This document shows, piece by piece, positions 15,814 through 23,953 of a stretch of DNA of 43,840 nt. The stretch lies in the IMG/VR virus record IMGVR_UViG_3300031949_000077, positions 1 to 43,840 of that record. The stretch is one strand, 5' to 3'. The notes under the pieces are model-generated. The model was not told the origin of the DNA and made no database searches. It worked only from the letters and a program-made list of their open reading frames with translations. The translations under genes and the position numbers were made by a program. Position 1 is the first letter of the stretch; the number at the start of each line of letters is the position of its first letter. Source of the stretch: a virus (Duplodnaviria > Caudoviricetes).

Positions 15814-16757
15814 TGGCCCTAAGTGTCTATATCAGAAAGGCAGTGGAGCATGGCGGTGTTATCTTTCCAGGGCAGTTTTGTAAAGAGTGTGCAGATCACA
15901 ACGCCCACATGAACAGAGTAAGCGGAACGCTGATGACGTGTAATCAGTGCAAGCAAGAAGTTTACGTGCAGGGATCGCAGACCAGTATCGAATCATGCAA
16001 GAGCCACAAAGTAAAATGCTTGGGTTGTTTGCGGTCAAATAAGTCAGCACATAGTTTTAGTAGTCAGTATATGAATGACCCGATTGATGAGGATTCTGTA
16101 GAGTTTAAGCAGGGATGGGTTAAACGTTTTGACTTCTCACCTGAGATTACCGAAGAGCTAAAGAAGACTACCGCTATCTTATCCGTTGATCCTGCTGTAG
16201 GTACCGCTACAGTTAATGACTATACCGGAATAGCGATTACCAAGATTCTCCATAATAACCAGATTTATGTGATGGAAGCAATACAAGCCAGATTATCCCC
16301 AGAGAAGCTAATTGACAAGGTATTCGACTTACGAAAGATTTATGACGTTTCTAAGCTCTTATTAGAAACAACCAGCTCTCAGCTTATCTTTATGAGCGCA
16401 TTCAAACGAGAGATGGTTAAGCGACACGATTTTTTTACTATCGAAGAAGTAGGCAGAAGTACCAAAGAGTCTAAAGCAATGCGTATCCGTGGAATGATTC
16501 CGTTTTATGCTAATGGGCTAGTTCAACATCGGAATGGCTTAACTGACTTAGAATATCAACTCCTGCAGTTTCCGAGGAATAGTCACGACGATATTATCGA
16601 CGCTTTAGCACACCAAGTGCCATATTGGAAGAAGGGCCCTACCGCAGTTAAGGCTAAGGACACATCTCCACATGGCTCTTTAAACTGGTGGAAGAAGCAA
16701 ATGCCAGGAAAGAACACAGACAGGATTCAAAGTCTTTTCGGAGACCTACTTAAATAA
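15813..16757 (+). CDS. terL: Terminase large subunit, lid + RNase H-like nuclease domain, with Cys-rich insert
   Basis: AV..GGVIFP, FSSQYMNDP, ILSVDPA, DYTGIAI, LLETTSSQ, KAMRI, QLLQFPRNSHDDIIDALA. Confidence 0.9.
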   Translation: MALSVYIRKAVEHGGVIFPGQFCKECADHNAHMNRVSGTLMTCNQCKQEVYVQGSQTSIESCKSHKVKCLGCLRSNKSAHSFSSQYMNDPIDEDSVEFKQGWVKRFDFSPEITEELKKTTAILSVDPAVGTATVNDYTGIAITKILHNNQIYVMEAIQARLSPEKLIDKVFDLRKIYDVSKLLLETTSSQLIFMSAFKREMVKRHDFFTIEEVGRSTKESKAMRIRGMIPFYANGLVQHRNGLTDLEYQLLQFPRNSHDDIIDALAHQVPYWKKGPTAVKAKDTSPHGSLNWWKKQMPGKNTDRIQSLFGDLLK

Positions 16758-16767
16758 CGAGGAAGAT

Positions 16768-18675
16768 ATGGAAGATAATTATCAAGAGCCAATTCAAGAA
16801 GTCAGCCAAGAGGTTGCTCCACAACCAGACCAAGACGAACCAGAGAAAGTAAGAGCTATTCTTAAGAAGATTAAGAAGAGCCGCCAACTCCGTGAAGACA
16901 TGGAGAAGAAGTATCGCTGGAAAGAGCTGATTGCTGAATACAAAGGGGAATTTGAAATTGCCTCTGGTATGTATGATATCACCATTATTCCTGACAACTT
17001 GATTTTTGCTTATATCAAAACGGAGCTCCCTTCTCTTTATATCCGAGACCCTCACATTAAGATTAACCCCAAAAACCGCACATCCCTACAAACAGCCAAA
17101 GTGATGGAGCAGGTTATTAATTATGTGTGGAGATATAAGAAGCTAAAGAGAGAAATGAAGAAGTGTATTGTTGAGGCTTTACTTATTGGCCATAGCTGGG
17201 TAAAGCTCGGATATACTGGAAAATTTGGAAGTATTGAAGATGAGCAAGGTAAGTATATCGATACCATTGAGGATGAAGATATCTTTGCTTATCATGTGAA
17301 TTATAAAGACATTACTTTTGATAACGATGCTATTGACCCACCTTACGACTGTAAGTGGATTGCTCACTCAGTGTGGCTTCCAGCTGCTGACGTTAAGAAT
17401 AACCCCAAGTACCGGAATACAGAGCAACTCCCTGAGTCCTACGATGATAGTGAGTCCAGCACGGATCTTCCAGAAGAAGAGCGCAGAAAGGCTGGCAAGA
17501 TTCAATTGCATGAAGTTTGGGACTTAGAGAATAAAAAGGTTTGTACGGTAGCTGATGGTATTGACGGGTATTTAGAAGAGAAGCCATGGAGCTTAGAGAT
17601 GCGGGGACTGCCTTTCTCTCTGCTTAAGTTTAATTTTTCAAACGACATGCCTTACGGTATTTCAGATGTGGCGATGTTTGAACCTCAGATTTTAGAGCAG
17701 ATGAAACTAGAGAGCCAGGCATTAGATCATGTGAAGAGATACAACAGACAGCTTTTATCTCCTCCTGGAAATATAAGCGATGATGAAAAGAACAAGCTAA
17801 CTAAGGGAATTACTGGTGCAGTTATTGAAGCAGAGAATCCTGAGAAAGTACTGCCGTTGCCTTATCCTCCTGTGCCTCAAGATGCTTACTCACTTTTAGA
17901 AAGAATTAAAGAGAATCGTATTCTTATCTCAGGCCAGTCACCTCTTGAACAAGGTGGCAGTGCTAAAACATCTACCAGAGCTGTTGGTGAGCTCCAAATG
18001 ATTCAAGAAGGAGCTAGAAACAGACGCTCTGAGAAGATTGACTTGGTGGAAGATTTTGTCGAGGAAGTTGCAGGGAAATTAATTGCGCTTCTTAAACAGT
18101 TTGTGACGATGCCTTATTATGTGCGGGTTTTAGGACAACAGTCTCCTGAACTCCAAGCCGCTGTGCAAGAGAGAGCATCAGCGAGTGGACCAGAAGCGGT
18201 AACAGGACAAGAAGGGTTTACATTCACTGCGGAAGATATCGAAGGTGAGTATGATTTAGAGACAGTCTCGGGATCAGCTACTCCTACAGACTTAGTGGAA
18301 GAGAATAAGACCTTGTTCCAGTTTATCGAACTTGGTCCTAAAGCGGGTGCTACGCCTGGTGGCCCATTCATGGCTGCTGTGGCAAAGAAGATTATTGAGA
18401 ACACACAAAACCAAGAACTTATTTATGCGATGGAACAAGAAGCAGGTGTTCAACAGCAGATGAAACAAGAACAGGCCCAGAAAGAAGAAGAGATGCGGAC
18501 AATGGCTGTTTCACAGCAAGCCGCTGAAACGCAGATGGATGCTGAGAACGCTGCTACTAAACAGAACAAGGTATTACTTGAGTTTCTGCGTCTTATGAAA
18601 GATGCAGACTTAAACGAGAAAAAGTTGATGATTGAAATGCTCAAACTCAAGCAGCCTAAGAAAGAAGGCAACTAA
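16768..18675 (+). CDS. Portal protein (P22-like)
   Basis: 635 aa directly after terminase; ALLIGHSWVKLGY, YGISDV, Gln/Glu-rich coiled-coil C-terminal barrel. Confidence 0.88.
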   Translation: MEDNYQEPIQEVSQEVAPQPDQDEPEKVRAILKKIKKSRQLREDMEKKYRWKELIAEYKGEFEIASGMYDITIIPDNLIFAYIKTELPSLYIRDPHIKINPKNRTSLQTAKVMEQVINYVWRYKKLKREMKKCIVEALLIGHSWVKLGYTGKFGSIEDEQGKYIDTIEDEDIFAYHVNYKDITFDNDAIDPPYDCKWIAHSVWLPAADVKNNPKYRNTEQLPESYDDSESSTDLPEEERRKAGKIQLHEVWDLENKKVCTVADGIDGYLEEKPWSLEMRGLPFSLLKFNFSNDMPYGISDVAMFEPQILEQMKLESQALDHVKRYNRQLLSPPGNISDDEKNKLTKGITGAVIEAENPEKVLPLPYPPVPQDAYSLLERIKENRILISGQSPLEQGGSAKTSTRAVGELQMIQEGARNRRSEKIDLVEDFVEEVAGKLIALLKQFVTMPYYVRVLGQQSPELQAAVQERASASGPEAVTGQEGFTFTAEDIEGEYDLETVSGSATPTDLVEENKTLFQFIELGPKAGATPGGPFMAAVAKKIIENTQNQELIYAMEQEAGVQQQMKQEQAQKEEEMRTMAVSQQAAETQMDAENAATKQNKVLLEFLRLMKDADLNEKKLMIEMLKLKQPKKEGN

Positions 18676-18995
18676 TGCACTGTGATGGTTGTGGTTATGA
18701 TAAGGCAGTAGGAATACGAATCGGTTATGTGGATGGAGTTAAGTGGGAGATATGCGACCGATGCAGTGATGTAAGGTTTGAGGCTACACCAGATGTTTAT
18801 TTTGGTGGTAAGGGCGGGATACAAACTGACCCCAACCTTTGTGACAAAACTACCGGCAAACCAATTCCCTTTTCCTCAAAACGAGAGAAAGCCTCCATCA
18901 TGAAACATCTCGGGCTTAGACAGTCTGCATCTGCAGAACGAAACCACGGCTACAGAAACGAAGCCTATTTGAATCGCAAGAAGTACTTCATTTAA
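18675..18995 (+). CDS. Zn-ribbon protein between portal and scaffold
   Basis: CDGC, CDRC; TGKPI.FSSKREK..IMK..GL. Confidence 0.65.
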   Translation: MHCDGCGYDKAVGIRIGYVDGVKWEICDRCSDVRFEATPDVYFGGKGGIQTDPNLCDKTTGKPIPFSSKREKASIMKHLGLRQSASAERNHGYRNEAYLNRKKYFI

Positions 18996-19038
18996 CAATT
19001 TGAAGTAAACAACCAGGCAAGCTAAGGCTTCAACCTGG
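18984..19038 (+). promoter_or_regulatory. Two RNA hairpins in the scaffold-gene leader
   Basis: TACTTCA/TGAAGTA; CCAGG..AAGC-TAAG-GCTT..CCTGG, 5 nt before the AGGAG RBS. Confidence 0.5.
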
Positions 19039-19054
19039 ATCATAGGAGAACACA

Positions 19055-19930
19055 ATGGAAGAAATGACGAATGAGTCACAGCCTGTTCAAGCTGATAGTC
19101 AGCCAACGGGAGATGTGTCAGGGGAGAGCTTATCAGCTCAAAACGTCGAGTCTACGGAAACTGTCGAGGGCCAGGCAGCCCCAGAATCCGGCGAAAGCGA
19201 CACACATGACACCCCAACAGAGGGTAATGATGGTGTAGATGATAAATTGCCAGCGAATGCTAGTGAGGCCGAAAAGTCGGCAATTCGCAAAATGCACGCA
19301 GCTACCCAGGAAGCAGCTCGTTACAAGAAAGAAGCAGATGCGTTTCAACAGTTACTTAATCATCCAGAGTTCAATGAGTTTTTGGATTGGCGCAAGAATA
19401 AGGGTCAGCAGCCCGCTTCAACGCAACCACAAACGCCGAACGTTGGACTAACGGAAGATGAACTTATTGCAGCCCAGGGAGACCCAGCTAAATTCGAAGG
19501 TTTGTTAACTTCACGCCTTCAATCAATGCTAAACCCGATAGCTCAACAGGCGATTCAAAAGATTAATAGCTTAGAACGTGAAATTGCTATTTCTAAACAA
19601 GAAAGAGAAATTGACGCCTTTGCAACCAAGCATCCTGATTTTTGGGATAAAAACCCAGACCTCATGAAAGCCGCCCTTGCAAAGACCAAAAATCTTGATC
19701 AAGCATATAATCTGGTAAACCAATGGGAAAAATCTGAACGAGACAAAGCTCTTTCAGCCCACCAAAAAAAGGTTCAGGAAAAGAAGCAAGCGTCCTCCGC
19801 TTCACCTTCTAAGTCTCTTGAGCCTAAGGTTGTTTATGCTAGTAATGAGACTGAAGCTAATAAAATAGCTTTTCAGTACGCACAACAGGGTAAACGTGTA
19901 GACGTAAGGATAGGTAACAAAACTAAATAA
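19055..19930 (+). CDS. Capsid scaffolding protein
   Basis: Acidic disordered N-terminus, helical core, F...HPDF, basic C-terminus; lies between portal and MCP. Confidence 0.8.
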   Translation: MEEMTNESQPVQADSQPTGDVSGESLSAQNVESTETVEGQAAPESGESDTHDTPTEGNDGVDDKLPANASEAEKSAIRKMHAATQEAARYKKEADAFQQLLNHPEFNEFLDWRKNKGQQPASTQPQTPNVGLTEDELIAAQGDPAKFEGLLTSRLQSMLNPIAQQAIQKINSLEREIAISKQEREIDAFATKHPDFWDKNPDLMKAALAKTKNLDQAYNLVNQWEKSERDKALSAHQKKVQEKKQASSASPSKSLEPKVVYASNETEANKIAFQYAQQGKRVDVRIGNKTK

Positions 19931-19965
19931 GTTACCGTCCTAATTTTATCTTAGAGGAGATAATT

Positions 19966-20916
19966 ATGGCCGATACATTGTTTACACATGGACCAACTAA
20001 CGTTACTTCGTTACTTGCTACCACAATTGAAAATCGTCGAAAGGGCATCCAAGATGCTATTTTTGATGAAATACCGACTCTCAAATTGCTGAAAGATAAA
20101 GGGGCTATTGTTGAGGGTGGAGCGTCAATCGTCATTCCGTTGTTATACGAACAGAACTCCACTGCTCAGTTTTATAGCGGTTACGATCAGCTGAATATCA
20201 CGCCACAAGAAGGGCATACCACTGCGCAGTACAAATGGAAAGAAGCTGCTGTTTCTATTTCTGTTAATAACAGAGAAGAGAACATCCAGAACGTGGGACC
20301 TTCTGCCGTGGAAAGTCTTGTTGATGCGAAAGTCAAACAAGCAACCATGTCACTCAAAGACTTGCTTAACCGCCGCCTTTATGCCGCCAGCCCTGCTGCG
20401 GATGATATTGGTTCGTTAGTTACCACAATCGATGCCACCAGCTCTATCGGTGATATCAATTCCACCACCTATTCTTGGTGGCAGTCAGATGCGGATGCTT
20501 CCGGTTCCTTTGCGGGACAGGGACGTTCGGACATGTTGGCGTTATGGAATGCTCTCGTAGTTGAAGGCGCTAAGCCCGATATGCTCATCACCACACCAAC
20601 CGTCCATGCCTATTATGAGGGGTCTTTAATTCCTCAGCAACGGTATGAGTCGAACTCATCTGGTAATGCGTCGTTTAGAGAACTTATGTTCAAAACGGCT
20701 CCAGTTGTGTTTGATAATGACGCTACTTCTGGTGTGATGTACTTCATTGATAGCCGTCATTTGCAGCTCTATGTTTCCTCTGGAAATAACATGAAAATGA
20801 CTGAATGGGTCAAACCAGCTAATCAAACAGCCCGTGTTGCTCAATTGCTCATGGCCTGTGAATTGGTCGCAAACAACCGGAGACGGTTGGGTAAACTTAC
20901 CGGAATCACGGCGTAA
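19966..20916 (+). CDS. Major capsid protein (HK97 fold)
   Basis: 316 aa; GGASIVIPLLY, YSGYD.L, AQYKWK..AVSIS, PDMLITT, GVMYFID, N.RR.GKL; strong GAGGAG RBS. Confidence 0.9.
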   Translation: MADTLFTHGPTNVTSLLATTIENRRKGIQDAIFDEIPTLKLLKDKGAIVEGGASIVIPLLYEQNSTAQFYSGYDQLNITPQEGHTTAQYKWKEAAVSISVNNREENIQNVGPSAVESLVDAKVKQATMSLKDLLNRRLYAASPAADDIGSLVTTIDATSSIGDINSTTYSWWQSDADASGSFAGQGRSDMLALWNALVVEGAKPDMLITTPTVHAYYEGSLIPQQRYESNSSGNASFRELMFKTAPVVFDNDATSGVMYFIDSRHLQLYVSSGNNMKMTEWVKPANQTARVAQLLMACELVANNRRRLGKLTGITA

Positions 20917-20931
20917 TAAAAGGAGAATACT

Positions 20932-21168
20932 ATGGCTTCACTTAGGACAGATGCAACAACCAATGATGGTGGCCAGGGGATTATCCGTGTTATTAAAATT
21001 GCTGACTGTGTGACCGGAGATACTATTAGTGTACCGGCGAACAAAGGTGTGCTTGCGATTAATGAGTCATCTGCTGACGCTGTGTCAGTGACGTACGCAG
21101 CATCGACAGGTCTTGCAACAATAACAGTGGCTAATACCCCCGACATCGCTCTTTGGGTATTGCTGTAA
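20932..21168 (+). CDS. Small capsid-associated protein
   Basis: 78-aa beta-rich ORF directly after the MCP; AAGGAG RBS. Confidence 0.6.
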   Translation: MASLRTDATTNDGGQGIIRVIKIADCVTGDTISVPANKGVLAINESSADAVSVTYAASTGLATITVANTPDIALWVLL

Positions 21169-21280
21169 ATTAGTGAAAAAACGGGAGTATTGGGGAGAGT
21201 ACTTCGTCAGTGAATAAACAGTTCGCATATTGCGTATCTTTATACTCGATTAGCGAATGTCAGTGATAAAACTACGGAGG
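21163..21280 (+). promoter_or_regulatory. Structured RNA element: three-way junction with three 10-nt YAGTGAWWAA linkers
   Basis: Linkers at 21171-21180, 21208-21217 and 21261-21270 separate two hairpins and a closing helix that covers part of the RBS. Confidence 0.6.
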
Positions 21281-21288
21281 AAACAAAT

Positions 21289-21735
21289 ATGTTGTTTAAA
21301 CAGCTTAACAGAGATGACGCTGAGAAAGTTTACGTCATTGTCAAGAATATTAAGGGATCGACCGCATCTGCGTTCTACCCAGTGTTCTTTGATACAGCCG
21401 ATGACAACGATGGTCATGCTGTGAGTGGTGCCAGGACTGGACAAGAGTTCTTGTTCGCTGGTATTCCTCAAGCCGACATCGCAGATGATGGTATCGGATT
21501 AGTGCAGGTGTATGGAAAAGGATCAGCCTATGTGTTAGTTACTACTGCTTTGGCTGCTGGAGACCAGGTTGTTCCTGCTGACTCTACAGTTCATTTGGTT
21601 AACTATACGCAGTTTAGTGCGACATCCTTAGTTACAGTTAATACCAATCCTTGGAACTTTGTGACGGCTATGTCCGCCATGGCTTCAGGTATTAGTACGG
21701 CTGTGAAAGAACCAGTGTTTATTCGAGCACTGTAA
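21289..21735 (+). CDS. Probable capsid decoration/cement protein
   Basis: FAGI..ADIADDG.GLVQVYG, AAGD.V pattern of beta-tulip-like decoration proteins; position after the MCP. Confidence 0.65.
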   Translation: MLFKQLNRDDAEKVYVIVKNIKGSTASAFYPVFFDTADDNDGHAVSGARTGQEFLFAGIPQADIADDGIGLVQVYGKGSAYVLVTTALAAGDQVVPADSTVHLVNYTQFSATSLVTVNTNPWNFVTAMSAMASGISTAVKEPVFIRAL

Positions 21736-21747
21736 GTAAGTTTAATT

Positions 21748-21791
21748 CCTTACCTCCGGGACTTCGGTCTCGGGGGTAAGGCTCTTCGGGG
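21748..21791 (+). terminator. 15-bp cUUCGg hairpin followed by a second small cUUCGg hairpin (attenuator/stabiliser; no U-tract)
   Basis: CCTTACCTCCGGGAC-TTCG-GTCTCGGGGGTAAGG, then CTC-TTCG-GGG. Confidence 0.6.
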
Positions 21792-21797
21792 GGAGAT

Positions 21798-22070
21798 ATG
21801 AGAGTAAAACTAATTGTAACCGATATATGTGATGTATGTAAGAGCGAAAAGTCTAAAGTCGCATACGGGGCTTCTATCCATGGAGATGAGCCTTATACAG
21901 TACCAGCAGTATATGATAGATATGATAGCTCATATCACAAGATACTAGGATACTCTCTTTGTGACAAATGCTTAGATAAGTTTAGACCTTATCATGATGC
22001 TTTATATGGAAGGTTGCATTTAAGCGTACATGGGTATAATCCTGGGTATAAGTTAGGACCAGAGTTATGA
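21798..22070 (+). CDS. Zn-binding hypothetical protein
   Basis: CDVC and CDKC; ATGA overlap with the next gene. Confidence 0.6.
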   Translation: MRVKLIVTDICDVCKSEKSKVAYGASIHGDEPYTVPAVYDRYDSSYHKILGYSLCDKCLDKFRPYHDALYGRLHLSVHGYNPGYKLGPEL

Positions 22071-23104
22071 AATTATTATTTGTCGATGGTACAGAAGGGC
22101 ATAATCCTAAAGAGTTATATGAAAAGCCTACTGGTGGCACATTAACATCTTTAACGAAAGTTCCGGAATACTTAGCAGCAATTGGCCATGAAGTGTATGT
22201 ATCCAGCATGTACAAAAAAGAAGAAATAGTTAATGGTGTTCACTACATTCTTCCAACCAGTACAGTTCCTAAATGGGACATAACGGTATTTAATCGAAAT
22301 TATTTACCTGCAGATTTTGTTAGGTATTGCAAACAACAGGGATCAAAGATTATTTGGTGGTTACATGATATTGTAGACACCAGGTATGTTCCTGATGCTG
22401 CATTTAAGTATGCAGACAAAGTAGTCGCTTTATCTCAATACTGTAAAGACACTTTTAGCGATTTTTATGACATACCGGCGGAAAAGTTTAGCCTGATTCC
22501 AAACGGAGTAGATCCGAAGGTATTCTACCCTGGGAAGTATGAAGAGCGTAATCCGCATCTATTTATCACGGCTTCTGCTCCCATCAAAGGCCAAGCAGCA
22601 CTAGAGCCCACATTCTTGAGTTTAAAGCGGCATGACATGGATCTCGACTTTAGAATATACAGCTCGCAGACATTACACGGCAAAAGTGACTCAGTTAGTC
22701 AAACAGAGTTTTTAAAGATTTTACGAACAGTTGGAGCCCATGTGTACGCTCCTACAACCCAGCCAGTTATGGCAACGTTGATGCGCAAAGCCTGGGCTTT
22801 TTTAATGCCTAACTCGTATCCAGAAATATGCAGTAATTTACTGCTTCAAGCCAGGGCATGTGGACTGCCGGTTGTTGCTAGTGATATTGGAGCTAATGCA
22901 GAGTTTATCGAGCACAAAAAAACAGGGCTTCTAACCACTAAATGGAAACCCCATGATTTACATTCATGGACAGTAGAGTTTGCTAGACAGGCATGTGTGT
23001 TACAACACAAACAAGATTTACATCGTTCTATATCAGAAGCAGCACCAAAGGGGCTTATGACATGGGAACAAGTCGGGGAGGCTTGGAATGAGTTATTTAA
23101 GTAG
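22067..23104 (+). CDS. Glycosyltransferase, GT-B fold (GT4-like)
   Basis: GG, GHEV, WLHD, VALSQY, IPNGVD, PEICSNLLLQARACGLPVVASDIGANAEFI....TGLL. Confidence 0.9.
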   Translation: MKLLFVDGTEGHNPKELYEKPTGGTLTSLTKVPEYLAAIGHEVYVSSMYKKEEIVNGVHYILPTSTVPKWDITVFNRNYLPADFVRYCKQQGSKIIWWLHDIVDTRYVPDAAFKYADKVVALSQYCKDTFSDFYDIPAEKFSLIPNGVDPKVFYPGKYEERNPHLFITASAPIKGQAALEPTFLSLKRHDMDLDFRIYSSQTLHGKSDSVSQTEFLKILRTVGAHVYAPTTQPVMATLMRKAWAFLMPNSYPEICSNLLLQARACGLPVVASDIGANAEFIEHKKTGLLTTKWKPHDLHSWTVEFARQACVLQHKQDLHRSISEAAPKGLMTWEQVGEAWNELFK

Positions 23105-23759
23105 TTTGCCAGAGAAGTATAGACATTGGAAGGGGTGGAAACAAAGCAAGCGGTTAAGCTATATCGGGTTTCTTCCGTCTTGTACGTCAGCTAAGTATCC
23201 GCTGCACTCTACTTTTCAAGGTAAAAAGGTTTTAAACATCGGTTGTGGTGGTTCAACATATAAAGCACCAAATGTCACCAACACAGATTTATACCCCGGA
23301 AAGGGCGTAGACATTGTGTTAGATTTATCAGTAACACCACTTCCATTTAAAGATAATGAATTCGACTATATCATCGCTAATCATGTATTAGAGCACGTTC
23401 CTAATTGGTTTAACTGTTTTGAGGAATTATGTCGGATAGTTAAGGTTGGCGGGTGGATTGAAGTGTGGGTACCGCCTATTTCAAGTGATGGGGCTTTTAC
23501 GTATCGGGATCACATTAACTACATTGGATTAGAGTCGTTTGATGGAACTCAGGGACTTCTGAGACCAGGCACCAACTCGCATGCAGCTAACTCAAATACA
23601 AGTAAAACCCAGAATGTCGAGATGATGCAAATAGCACGAAAACCCACTGTTAAATGGTGGAGCTGGTTTGCTCCAAACTGTGTTCTGAACTGGATGGCTC
23701 TACACCTAAGAAATGTTATTTCGGAAGAAGGGTTTTTCTTTCTTAAACGGGGAGAGTGA
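23088..23759 (+). CDS. Class I SAM-dependent methyltransferase
   Basis: VLNIGCG, DL...LPFKDNEFDYIIANHVLEHV, ELCRIVKVGG. Confidence 0.9.
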   Translation: MSYLSSLPEKYRHWKGWKQSKRLSYIGFLPSCTSAKYPLHSTFQGKKVLNIGCGGSTYKAPNVTNTDLYPGKGVDIVLDLSVTPLPFKDNEFDYIIANHVLEHVPNWFNCFEELCRIVKVGGWIEVWVPPISSDGAFTYRDHINYIGLESFDGTQGLLRPGTNSHAANSNTSKTQNVEMMQIARKPTVKWWSWFAPNCVLNWMALHLRNVISEEGFFFLKRGE

Positions 23760-23953
23760 TCATGATAGTTAGATTTTATCGTTGCGTTACGTGTCACAGA
23801 GTTACCGAATACCAGATCATCTATAAACAGACAAAATGTAAGTGTGGATCTAGAAGAATGGCTCCAGTTATGCTTAGTACCCTAGAGCTCATCTGGTTTG
23901 TTCTACTGCATCCATCGTACCTTATCAGAGCTATTGTGGGAGATAACTCATGA
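23756..23953 (+). CDS. Small Zn-ribbon protein
   Basis: YRCVTC, CKCGS. Confidence 0.55.
   Translation: MIMIVRFYRCVTCHRVTEYQIIYKQTKCKCGSRRMAPVMLSTLELIWFVLLHPSYLIRAIVGDNS

Noticed and set aside
13767-15900. Split intein, stop read-through or self-splicing intron joining the terL halves
   Set aside because: Read-through of the TAG meets TAA after 17 codons; terL-C has no HN-C/S/T intein end (its HN is followed by A); the gap is filled with coupled ORFs rather than intron-like RNA
21171-21272. Mini-CRISPR or hammerhead ribozyme
   Set aside because: Repeats are only 10-12 nt with self-complementary intervening segments of unequal length; no CUGANGA core
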